A stretch of DNA of 64,000 bases from NCBI GenBank assembly GCA_965205155.1, contig OZ242033.1, positions 2,036,590-2,100,589 of the forward strand. Direction: 5' to 3'. The DNA comes from Candidatus Aldehydirespirator sp. (lineage in GTDB: Bacteria; Actinomycetota; Acidimicrobiia; Acidimicrobiales; Aldehydirespiratoraceae). The position numbers and the translations under genes were made by a program. Position 1 is the stretch's first letter. The number at the start of each line of letters is the position of its first letter. Below are positions 47,369-55,489 of the stretch, piece by piece. Below the pieces are notes generated by a model that made no database searches, was not told where the DNA came from, and was given only the letters and a program-made list of their open reading frames with translations.

Positions 47369-48118
47369 TTGACCCGGAGTGACCTGCTCACATCGTGCGA
47401 CCACCGACCGAGGAGACCAGCCGTGGGTATAGCCGATTCCGAGTTCGCGCTGGAGAAGCTGAGAGAGTTTCTCGCGCTAATCGCAGAGAGCGACCACGAC
47501 GCAGTTCATAGGTCGCTGCCCATCATCGAAGCAATCGCGAAGCAGGTGGACCCCGGCAATGTCCTAGAACTGAGATCGGTGGCTCTGCCCCTGGGTGGAG
47601 TGAGTTGGGAGCCCGCTCGCGTGGAGGCCCTTCGGCTCGTCGGGATTGTGGAGCAGGACGCGGACTTTCAGCGGATGAGCGGCCCTGTGGGCCCGATGTT
47701 GGCTGCTAGTCGTCTGCATCGTTGGGTCTGGAACGCCGCGGCGAGCCTGTGGGATGACGGGCACTACGAGCCTGCCGTGCATGAGGCGGCCAAGGCTGTG
47801 GAGCTACGAACGCAGTTGAAGGTCGGCCGCCGCGACATCAGCGGCAAGGACTTGTACGCCCAAGCCTTCTCGGTCAAGGAGCCGACAGGCAAGATGCCCC
47901 GCCTTCGGTTCTTGCACATTGACAGGAACGAGCGACCCGATGACTGGACCTCCGCGCACGAGGGAGCCATGCATCTCGGGATGGGCTGCGCTCAGGGCAT
48001 CCGCAACCCGCAAGCGCATCCGTCGGAGGACATCACAGAGCAGGAAGCGCTGGAGCAGCTGGCCGCTCTGAGCGTGCTGGCTCGCTGGGCGGACGCGTGC
48101 GAGGTCGTCGCGAGTTAG
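47369..48118 (+). CDS. TIGR02391 (Hypoth_Ymh)-type protein, a family commonly seen in Abi/TA contexts
   Basis: LHRWVWNAAASLWDDGHYEPAVHEAAKAVE...SAHEGAMHLGMGCAQGIRNPQAH...EALEQLAALSVLARW. Confidence 0.65.
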   Translation: MTRSDLLTSCDHRPRRPAVGIADSEFALEKLREFLALIAESDHDAVHRSLPIIEAIAKQVDPGNVLELRSVALPLGGVSWEPARVEALRLVGIVEQDADFQRMSGPVGPMLAASRLHRWVWNAAASLWDDGHYEPAVHEAAKAVELRTQLKVGRRDISGKDLYAQAFSVKEPTGKMPRLRFLHIDRNERPDDWTSAHEGAMHLGMGCAQGIRNPQAHPSEDITEQEALEQLAALSVLARWADACEVVAS

Positions 48119-48183
48119 ACACCTCTCAGCCGCAACCGGCCTCTACGGGTTGGAGCTGACCCGGTTTCGTTGACACCGGGTGG

Positions 48184-49062
48184 TTATGCGGCGTGGGCCG
48201 CGGGTTGGTGGTGTTGTTCGTAGCGGATGGGTGACAGGTTGTCGAGTCGGGTGTGGCGGCGGTGGTGGTTGTACCAGTCGATGAAGCTCATGATTTGGGT
48301 GCGGGCGTCGGTGTGGCTGCGGAACCGGGTCTTGTCGAGCAGCTCGCACTCGAGGGTCGCGAAGAACGATTCGGCCATGCTGTTGTCAAAGCAGTCGCCT
48401 CTGGTGCCCATCGACAGCACGATCCCGGCGCGGCGGCAGCGGCGCCCGAACGCGATGCTGCCGTATTGGGATCCCTGGTCTGAGTGGTGGATGAGGCCTC
48501 GGGGCGGTCGGCGGGTCTGGATGGCCATGTCGATGGCGTCAACGATCAACTCTGTGCGCATGTGGGTGGCGTAGGACCAGCCCACGATGCGGCGGCTGAA
48601 CACGTCGAGCACGGTGGCGAGGTACCCGAACCCGGCCCAGGTCGGCACGTAGGTGATGTCGGCCACCCACAACTCGTTGGGGCCCGCCGCGGTGAACTGG
48701 CGGTTGACCCGGTCCGGTGCCGGCGACTGCGAGTCGTCGCGGCGTGTGGTCCAGGCCTTCTTGCGGCGGTGACAGCCGGCGATGCCGGCCTGGCGCATCA
48801 GGCGGGCGACCCGTTTTCGGCCGCAGCGAATGCCGTAGTCATCGGCGAGCTCGGCACAGATCCTCGGGGCCCCGTAGTTGTGCCGCGAGTCGGCATGGAT
48901 CTTCTTGATGACCGCGGTGTAGGCCGCGTCGGTGATGCGACGTTGAGAGGGCGGCCGCTTGCGCCACGCGTAGAAGCCCTGGCGGGTGACGCCGAGGCGC
49001 TCGCACATGAACTTGACCGGGAAGTTGGCCTTCTCCGCCTCGATGAAGCTGAACACCCTCAC
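48184..49062 (-). CDS. IS3-family transposase OrfB (DDE)
   Basis: WVADITYV, IHHSDQGSQYGS, DCFDNSMAESFFATLECEL, YNHHRRHTRL. Confidence 0.85.
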   Translation of the reverse strand: MRVFSFIEAEKANFPVKFMCERLGVTRQGFYAWRKRPPSQRRITDAAYTAVIKKIHADSRHNYGAPRICAELADDYGIRCGRKRVARLMRQAGIAGCHRRKKAWTTRRDDSQSPAPDRVNRQFTAAGPNELWVADITYVPTWAGFGYLATVLDVFSRRIVGWSYATHMRTELIVDAIDMAIQTRRPPRGLIHHSDQGSQYGSIAFGRRCRRAGIVLSMGTRGDCFDNSMAESFFATLECELLDKTRFRSHTDARTQIMSFIDWYNHHRRHTRLDNLSPIRYEQHHQPAAHAA

Positions 49063-49361
49063 CGCGTCGGGGCGTTCTTCGCCGCGAAGAAGGCCGCGGC
49101 TGCTTTTTCCAGCAGGTCCTTCTCCATGCGCAGCACCCGGTTCTCGGCCCGCAGCCGGCGAAGCTCGGCCTTCTCATCGGTCGTGAGCCCGCCCCGCTGG
49201 CCGTCATCGATCTCGGCCTGGACGACCCAGTTCATGATCGACTGCGCCGACGGCTCGAACTCGCGGGCAAGCTCCGACGGCGACCGGCCCTCCTCACGGA
49301 CCAGCCGCACCAGCTCGGCCTTGTACTCAGTCGGATACGGCGGACGAGTGCGTCCTCCCAT
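49059..49361 (-). CDS. IS3-family transposase OrfA
   Basis: ATG 49361. PPYPTEYKAELVRLVREEGRSPSELAREF, LRRLRAENRVLRMEKDLLEKAAAFF. Confidence 0.85.
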   Translation of the reverse strand: MGGRTRPPYPTEYKAELVRLVREEGRSPSELAREFEPSAQSIMNWVVQAEIDDGQRGGLTTDEKAELRRLRAENRVLRMEKDLLEKAAAAFFAAKNAPTR

Positions 49362-49631
49362 AGTTGACTCCCCTCTGGACCCCCTCAAGGATCCCAGGAT
49401 CAGGGTGTCAACCAAACCGGGTCAGCTCCAAACTGCCCTTGAAGCAAGTCTGGACGCTGGTAGAGAACTGAGCATGGCGGGCGGGAGTCGGCTCGCCCAG
49501 CCCAGACCTTCCCGCAAAGCAAACGCTGTGCTCCTCGTCCCGAGAGATCACCGAACCGTCCGACTGGACCTGCCAGAATTCGCCTCCGTGAGGCATCCCG
49601 TGCGCGAGCGGTTCCCCTCGGGCGGTGACGC

Positions 49632-50027
49632 GTGACGACGGTGCTGGTATCAGCCGCGGTGAGCGCGGTCGTGGCTTTGCTCGTGGTGCTACTGGCCCAG
49701 CACTTGTCGGACCGGTCCGAACGACGCCGCCTGCGTCGCGACGTGCTGCGCAAGCTCGCAGGACACCGCTACCTGATCGCCGGAGACGTCAGCCCTGTGC
49801 CCAACGAATTCTGGGTGGCACTGAACGAGGTCGGCATCGCGTATCTGGACGACGATGAGGTCATGGAGGCACTGCGTGTGTTCAGGACACGAGTCAACCG
49901 CGGACAGGTGGCCGAGGACTTCGTTCCGCTCATTGAGGCGATGGCGAGAGCGGCCAGGCTGCCCGCTGAGCGCCTCGATTCTGAGATGCTGACGACTCCG
50001 TTCGCTCCGCAGAATCCTAAGAGCTAG
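49632..50027 (+). CDS. hypothetical N-terminally anchored membrane protein
   Basis: TM VLVSAAVSAVVALLVVLLA then a soluble helical domain. Confidence 0.5.
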   Translation: MTTVLVSAAVSAVVALLVVLLAQHLSDRSERRRLRRDVLRKLAGHRYLIAGDVSPVPNEFWVALNEVGIAYLDDDEVMEALRVFRTRVNRGQVAEDFVPLIEAMARAARLPAERLDSEMLTTPFAPQNPKS

Positions 50028-50078
50028 CAGTGAACCGGACGGGCTTCGCCGTCCAGCACGCACTGCCTGGGAGTCGCC

Positions 50079-50280
50079 GCGCACTACCTTTGACCTAGGC
50101 TTTTGCGGCCAAATGTGGAGTCCCCTACCAACCAAATGTGGAGACCTCTTCTTCGGAGTGCGCTAGAAGGTAGAGGTCAAGGCAGGTCGCGAACACCCTA
50201 CAACAACTATGGGGCGTTCGCGAGATGGAGCGGTCCGCGTTCGCGAGTTTGTTGGGAGATGGGCATTCTTGGCCGGGAAG
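50079..50280 (+). repeat. junction element V4: tgacctagg box, two AAATGTGGAG boxes, a decayed tRNA-Val 3' half and a copy of the tRNA-Val downstream flank
   Basis: Boxes at 50111 and 50134. gaggtcaaggcaggtcgcgaacaccctacaacaactatgggg aligns with tRNA-Val gaggtcagaggttcaaatcccctacggcccaccacgggg, then the flank repeat. Confidence 0.8.
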
Positions 50281-50445
50281 ATGCGAAGAGCCCGCGGGCG
50301 GCTGCCCGGCGTCACTTTCCTTCTTGGTGCGCGAGTGGCGGATGCGACTCTTGGCGCCCCGGAGCTCGGCCGGCACGAGCCCGTCCGCAGGCACGGTCCA
50401 GAGCTCTGGCAGCCGTTCTGGCAACGGGTGCCGAGGGTCGAGCCC

Positions 50446-50991
50446 CTATGCGCTGGTAGCGGGTTGCGAGGATGCCTGGTCCGAGGTGTCAACCGCGATG
50501 TGCTGCATGAAGACACGGTATGTCTCTGCTGATTCTTGAAGGGTGTTCCCCAAGTCCGCTAGCAGGCGCAGCGCCTCGCGCTGCTCTTCAGTGAACTTCC
50601 GGCTGGCTGGGTGTATCGCTGTGCGGAACATCGCGATCCAGGCGTCAGGCCTCTCCTCGTGGTCTTGGTGGGCTGTGCGGGTGTGGGTGGTCAGCGGGAT
50701 GCGCTCGTTGTCGAATACGGCGGTCACCTCTAGGTGGCCGCCCATGCCTTCGACCGCCATCCGCAGAGTCGACACCAGGTTGTCGGCGGCGGTCTCCATT
50801 GCCGACACGGACGCCTGGGCGCGGTCAAGGCGTCGTGCCAGCTCGGTCTGGGTGAGATTGCGGCGCTGGCGCAGTTCCTTGAGGGTGTAGGCCACGGTCT
50901 CGGCGCGGGCTTCCTCCTTGAGGGCCTCGACCCGGGCGCGCTGCTCAGGGGTCAACTCGCCGACGAGTTCATCGAAGTCGTAGTAGGTCAT
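50446..50991 (-). CDS. XRE-family HTH antitoxin (HigA-like) with a C-terminal extension
   Basis: LKELRQRRNLTQTELARRLDRAQASVSAMETAADN. Start ATG 50991. Confidence 0.75.
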   Translation of the reverse strand: MTYYDFDELVGELTPEQRARVEALKEEARAETVAYTLKELRQRRNLTQTELARRLDRAQASVSAMETAADNLVSTLRMAVEGMGGHLEVTAVFDNERIPLTTHTRTAHQDHEERPDAWIAMFRTAIHPASRKFTEEQREALRLLADLGNTLQESAETYRVFMQHIAVDTSDQASSQPATSA

Positions 50992-51038
50992 GTGGGGTGG
51001 TCTCCTGTGGTGGGGGCGGTGCATCGTGGGGCTGCTGG

Positions 51039-51426
51039 CTACGGGTCTGGGAACTCGCCTTGGGATCGGAGATCGGCCAGGTACTGCTCGTACAGGCGCT
51101 CCGCCTCCGGGATGGCGCTCCGGTACCAGTCGTTCCATTGGCGGGCTTTGCTGCCTCCGAACAACAGGATCGCCTGCCGGCGCGGGTCGAACATGAACAG
51201 GATGCGCAGGTTCCTGCCCGCGCCGCGGGGTCTGAGTTCTTTCATGTTCTGATGTTGGGAGCTGTGGATCCGTTCGACGATGGGACGCCCCTACGTCGGG
51301 CCGCCCTCGCGCAGCAGCTCTAGGGCAGCGATGAACGAGAGCCGCTCTTCTTCGTTGAGCGACTCCTGCCAGGACTTCACCTGCGCTGTCGCCTTGATCT
51401 CCCACGCCACCAACATAGTATAGGGC
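51039..51426 (-). pseudogene. HigB/Gp49-like (RelE superfamily) toxin interrupted by an in-frame TAG at 51291-51293
   Basis: ...LELLREGGPT*GRPIVERIHSSQHQNMKELRPRGAGRNLRILFMFDPRRQAILLFGGSKA... Both halves are in the same frame. Confidence 0.7.
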
Positions 51427-51570
51427 TGACTCGATATAGGTGCTACTTGTGTCAGATGGCCGGTCGCGGATCCGTGGTGCTGTACGCCGCGTCTGGCACA
51501 CAGTAAAGGCGCACTCGCCGTCGAGCCACACACGGCCGTAGCGCGGCACCCTGAACGGAGGGCCCATCCT

Positions 51571-51700
51571 CGCACCGCCTCTGACCTAGGGTTTTCTCCG
51601 CGAAATGTGAAGAAGGCACCTCTCAGGATGTGAAGGTTTCGCAGCGAGGTGCTAGAACCCCGAGGTCAGAGGTGGTCGCGAACACCCCACTGACTGACCG
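51571..51700 (+). repeat. junction element V5
   Basis: cgcaccgcctctgacctagg, AAATGTGAAG at 51603, GGATGTGAAG at 51626. gaggtcagaggt is identical to 12 nt of tRNA-Val, then ggtcgcgaacacccc. Confidence 0.75.
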
Positions 51701-51752
51701 AGGGATGTCACGCCGCTGCGACCGCCACGGACAACGACACGGAGCCTCTCGA

Positions 51753-52463
51753 TCAGTACTCGACGTAGAGGCCCAAGTCGGTGCATAGTTCCGTGACCAG
51801 AGCCAGCCCATCCCCGTCCCCTAGGTCGTCGTATTCGATTGAGGCTTCAAGATGCTTGATTGCTTCTCCGGTGATGTCATGGATGACAGCCGTGCGGGCG
51901 GCTTGTTCGACGCCTGTCAACAGGATCCGCATCGGCATCCTCGCATGCGTAGCGGCAAGCTCCATCTGGCGGGAATGCCAGATCATCCCGGTCGTCGCCT
52001 TCCCCTTGAAGTGGGATTGGAGGTGATGGTGCGCCCAGCGGCGCGTGCACGCGTAGTGCTCCGAGGGACTGGAAACGAGTTGCTCTCGGCTGAGTCCATA
52101 TCTGGCGAGCTGTTGATCTTGCAGGTCAACGACGTGTAGGTCGCTCGTGCATACGATGCGCCGCAGGCGACGCCCACTCAGATCGACATGCTGCACGGCC
52201 CGATTGGTCCCCCAGACATCGTGAAGCGCGGTCTCCAGCAGCGCACCGATTGGGTTCTGCGCGAGATAGACGTAGGGAACCGCCTGACCCGCGGAGCTGA
52301 ACAGCGGAGCGAACCGGCTGTCTCCTCCCCCAGCCGAGTTGAGCACTTCGTCGTGGCGCGACACGTTGAACCACTCTGCGCCTGCCTTGATGACATACGG
52401 TCGAAATGCCCTACCAGCACCAGGATGTAGAACCCGGCAGCTAGCCGGGTCAGGGCAGGTCAC
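51753..52463 (-). CDS. RES-domain toxin
   Basis: SRFAPLF...VPYVYLAQNPIGALLETALHDV, ACTRRWA, GMIWHSRQ (R/E/S signature positions). Confidence 0.75.
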   Translation of the reverse strand: MTCPDPASCRVLHPGAGRAFRPYVIKAGAEWFNVSRHDEVLNSAGGGDSRFAPLFSSAGQAVPYVYLAQNPIGALLETALHDVWGTNRAVQHVDLSGRRLRRIVCTSDLHVVDLQDQQLARYGLSREQLVSSPSEHYACTRRWAHHHLQSHFKGKATTGMIWHSRQMELAATHARMPMRILLTGVEQAARTAVIHDITGEAIKHLEASIEYDDLGDGDGLALVTELCTDLGLYVEY

Positions 52464-53095
52464 TCTGCGAGTTGGGCTGCTCGGCGTTCGGCTGCCGCGT
52501 ACACGCGGTCAGGATTGTTCTCGATGACATCGGCGGCGACCTCGCCAGACAGACCGGCGTTGGCTTCCGCTATCCAACGCCAGATTCCCCAGCCGTTCAT
52601 ACCGGCCTCCCGCAACGTTGACACGACAGGCGCCCAGTCCTCGCGCACTTCAAGCGCGTCATCAAGCAACACGGCAGGCACGTGCTTCTCGCCATTGACT
52701 CCAACGGTGAAGAGGGCACCGCGCTCGCAGGCTCGCCGAACCTCCTGGTGAACAGTGTTCCTAGGGCGACCACGCGCCGCTGCTATCTCCCCTACCGTGC
52801 ATGTCCCTTGGTCGACCAGCGCCTGCCGTCCGGCGTGGATACGCGCCACGTTCAACAGCAGAGCCTCCGGATCGGGTCGCTCGTAGCGATCCCCGACGGC
52901 GCGGCGCGCCTCGGCTGCGCTGAACTCGTACTCATCGCGATGCGGCTGCGATCTGAGGCCAGACCGAGCGGAATCCGGGTTCGCGAAGCCCCACAGAGTG
53001 AACCATCGGGCGCAATCGGCAACCTGAGCGCCGACCAGTCGGATCGTTCTTGTGGTCGAATCCTCGCCGTCAAGTTCTCTGAGCACGGCAAGCAC
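52460..53095 (-). CDS. Xre/MbcA/ParS-type antitoxin cognate to the RES toxin
   Basis: 4-nt overlap with the RES gene. C-terminal W..WI.EANAGLSGEVAADVIENNPDRV resembles the toxin-binding domain of this family. Confidence 0.65.
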   Translation of the reverse strand: MLAVLRELDGEDSTTRTIRLVGAQVADCARWFTLWGFANPDSARSGLRSQPHRDEYEFSAAEARRAVGDRYERPDPEALLLNVARIHAGRQALVDQGTCTVGEIAAARGRPRNTVHQEVRRACERGALFTVGVNGEKHVPAVLLDDALEVREDWAPVVSTLREAGMNGWGIWRWIAEANAGLSGEVAADVIENNPDRVYAAAERRAAQLAE

Positions 53096-53472
53096 CTCCT
53101 GTCCAAAGCGTACACAAGCTATACCTATGTGACAATCTAGACAGCATAGAGAAGCAGTCAGCTCGCCTCACTGACCTTTCAGCCGCCAGCGCTGGCGATG
53201 CGTACAGCAGACTGTTGACGCGCGTGTCGGCAGTGACGATGTTGCCGGCCCGGTGCAGCAGGCGGGCGCAACCCATGATCAGTCCCGACGCTGCCCCGAA
53301 GGCCGCCGAGCGGGTAGCGCCCAATCCGCCGAAGGCGAACGTCAGCCCAACCGCGGCCGCGATCGGAACGCTTACCGCCGAGGCGGCGAACGGCGACCAC
53401 CACAGGGCGACGCCGTACTCCTTGACGGAAGCCTCAGATAGCCTCGGCGGAGGAGGAGGCGGCGGGCGAGGA

Positions 53473-55116
53473 ATGACGACTCCGGGCAAGGTCCGCGCCG
53501 GCCTGATGTCGGCGCTGGCCCTGGCGTTCCTGTCCCCGGTGACGGCGGCCTGCACCGATCCGCCGACGCCGCCAACCCTCGCGCCCACGACGACGCCCGC
53601 TCAGTCGCCGGCGCCCAACCCAACGGTGACGTCCTCTCCAACACCGACCTCCGCGCCGACGGCCTCGCCCACTCCGACATCTATGCCGACACTGTCTCCG
53701 ACCCCCGCGCCGGCGGCTGCGCCTACTACGACCTCTGCGCCGACACCATATCCAACGCCCGATCCGACCTCTGCGCCGGTGGCTGTGCCCGATCCGACCT
53801 CTGCGCCGGTGGCTGTGCCCGATCCGACCTCTGCGCCGGCGGCTGCGCCTACTACGACCTCTGCGCCGGTGGCTGTGCCCGATCCGACGCCTACGTCTGC
53901 ACCGACACCCGCACCCGCTCCCAGCCCCGAGGAAACGGCGCACGCCGTCCTGTCGCAACTGCTCCCGTGGTACGACGATCCGCCGTACCCGCTCGCCGTC
54001 GTGCCAATCGTCGAGGTGTGGCTGAAGGACGCCGAACTCGGCATGGAGCTGGCCCGCGCGCCGTGGCTCAACGACGGCCTGGGCCCGCTGGAGTCCGACG
54101 CCGTCTACGGCCTCTCCTACCTGTACGACTGGGACCCCGCCCTGGCGCGCCGGATGCTTGCCCACAGCGTGGAGACGCCGGTGCGGACCCTCAACGTCGA
54201 TGCCCTCTACGCGCTGGGAGACATGGCGTGGCAGCACCCGGACAGCTTCAAGCGCCTGGAGGCCCAGGAGTGGTTCGCCGACGGCCTCTCGCCGGAGGAG
54301 AGCGCCTTCGTGATCGTGCTGGCGAAGATCGTCGGCGATGACGCGCTCTACGCCGACCTGCTGGAGGAACGCTTCACCGAGTCGGCGTCCGTCGATCTGC
54401 CGCTGAGCGGCGCGGTCGGCCTGTGGGCCTTCGGGCACGGCGCCGTCGAGGGCGACGTCCTGGGTGCTATGGAGGCCGGCGCCCGGGCGGCCGAGCGGGT
54501 GATGGCCAGCCCGTTTCCGGTGACCGACATCATCGTGCTCCAGGTCGACGCCGAGAAGTACGGGTACGGGTTCGGCGGGGCGAACTTCCGGGACTCGATG
54601 GTGCTGTCCATAGGGAGCGATTGGGAGGACTTCGCCCACGCCGACCTGCTGTACCACGAGGTCGCCCACTACCACCTGGCCTTCGAGGTCGGGCCGCACT
54701 GGCTGGTGGAGGGCGGCGCCGACTTCGTTCGGGCCTACCGGAATGCGTGGGACGGCACCGAGGACTGGGACGGCGAGGTGCCCCTGTTCGAGGGCAACGA
54801 GTATGCCGGCAAGGTGTGGTGCGTGAACAACGGCGTCGCCACCATCGCCGCGCTCGCGGAGCCCAGCGAATTCCGGGACCCGTGCGGCTACGCCCTGGGC
54901 CAGTATTTCCTGACCCACCTGTACGGCGCCATGGGGCTGGCCGCCTTCTCGTCGGCGATGCGGGAGCTCTACGAGCGGTACCTGGACTACCAGCATCACC
55001 CGACCGAGGAGCAGGTCTACCTCGTCTTCCTGGAGCACACCCCGCCGGACCGCGAGGCGGCGTTCCAGGACGTGTACCGGCGGCTCCACGGCGGGCCGTC
55101 CTCAGACTGGGAATGA
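53473..55116 (+). CDS. lipoprotein with a Pro/Thr/Ala repeat linker and a peptidase-MA-like HExxH domain
   Basis: GGAGGAGGAGG SD, lipobox PVTAAC, PDPTSAPVAV repeats, LLYHEVAHYHLAFEVGPHWLVEGGADF. Confidence 0.7.
   Translation: MTTPGKVRAGLMSALALAFLSPVTAACTDPPTPPTLAPTTTPAQSPAPNPTVTSSPTPTSAPTASPTPTSMPTLSPTPAPAAAPTTTSAPTPYPTPDPTSAPVAVPDPTSAPVAVPDPTSAPAAAPTTTSAPVAVPDPTPTSAPTPAPAPSPEETAHAVLSQLLPWYDDPPYPLAVVPIVEVWLKDAELGMELARAPWLNDGLGPLESDAVYGLSYLYDWDPALARRMLAHSVETPVRTLNVDALYALGDMAWQHPDSFKRLEAQEWFADGLSPEESAFVIVLAKIVGDDALYADLLEERFTESASVDLPLSGAVGLWAFGHGAVEGDVLGAMEAGARAAERVMASPFPVTDIIVLQVDAEKYGYGFGGANFRDSMVLSIGSDWEDFAHADLLYHEVAHYHLAFEVGPHWLVEGGADFVRAYRNAWDGTEDWDGEVPLFEGNEYAGKVWCVNNGVATIAALAEPSEFRDPCGYALGQYFLTHLYGAMGLAAFSSAMRELYERYLDYQHHPTEEQVYLVFLEHTPPDREAAFQDVYRRLHGGPSSDWE
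53761..53880 (+). repeat. intragenic tandem repeat, 4 x 30 bp
   Basis: gatccgacctctgcgccggtggctgtgccc repeated; the first two units are identical. Confidence 0.9.
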
Positions 55117-55160
55117 AGCGACCCTGGGCGCGCGACGCGGAGTTTCATCAGCAACGAGTT

Positions 55161-55217
55161 GGATTGTGCCTCTAGGAATCTTGAACCGCCTGGCTTTCTT
55201 GGAGGGTGGTTGACACC
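55161..55217 (+). repeat. partial junction element (flank-type part)
   Basis: gtgcctctagg...ttgaaccgcctggctttcttggagggtggttgacacc matches 22423-22461 ttgaaccgccctggctttcccggagggtcttggtgtgcc. Confidence 0.6.
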
Positions 55218-55268
55218 ATCTCGCAAGGCGCGGCAAGCTCGTGGCAGATAGCCAACCGGGGAGTGACG

Positions 55269-55481
55269 ATGGCTCGCCGCGAGTTCGACTTCGGCTTCGC
55301 GCTCGACTGGATGCGCAAGGACCGGGCCATCTGCTTCGCGGAGGCTGAGCGCGTCGGCGCCACACTTCCGGTCACCGCGGGCGATCGACCAGTTCTACGC
55401 CAGTTCTACGCCCGGCTCCAGTGCCAGGGACGGGGCCGCTGGGACACCAGCTCGCTCATCGAGTTGCTGGTGGACAACTAG
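55269..55481 (+). pseudogene. C-terminal remnant of a 3-hydroxyisobutyrate/6-phosphogluconate-dehydrogenase-family gene
   Basis: FDFGFALDWMRKDRAICFAEAERVGATLPVTA...QFYARLQ.QGRGRWDTSSLIELL. The N-terminal Rossmann domain is absent. 11-bp tandem duplication at 55390-55411. Confidence 0.5.
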
Positions 55482-55489
55482 GCAGGCTG

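Larger units (their letters stand above)
48150..49431 (-). mobile_element. second, different IS3-family insertion sequence; no target duplication seen
   Basis: Terminal IRs TTGGAGCTGACCCGGTTTCGTTGACACC / revcomp TTGGAGCTGACCCGGTTTGGTTGACACC. Flanks acggg / actgc differ. Confidence 0.85.

Noticed and set aside
53179-53430. Minus-strand ORF with a glycine-zipper-like membrane segment (ALWWSPFAASAVSVPIAAAVGLTFAFGGLGATRSAAFGAASGLIMG)
   Set aside because: It has good GC3 over about 80 codons. However, there is no canonical start near the hydrophobic part, the C-terminal third loses coding character, and the long version overlaps the lipoprotein start and the Xre-type antitoxin start. It may be a real small gene or a relic and is left unannotated.
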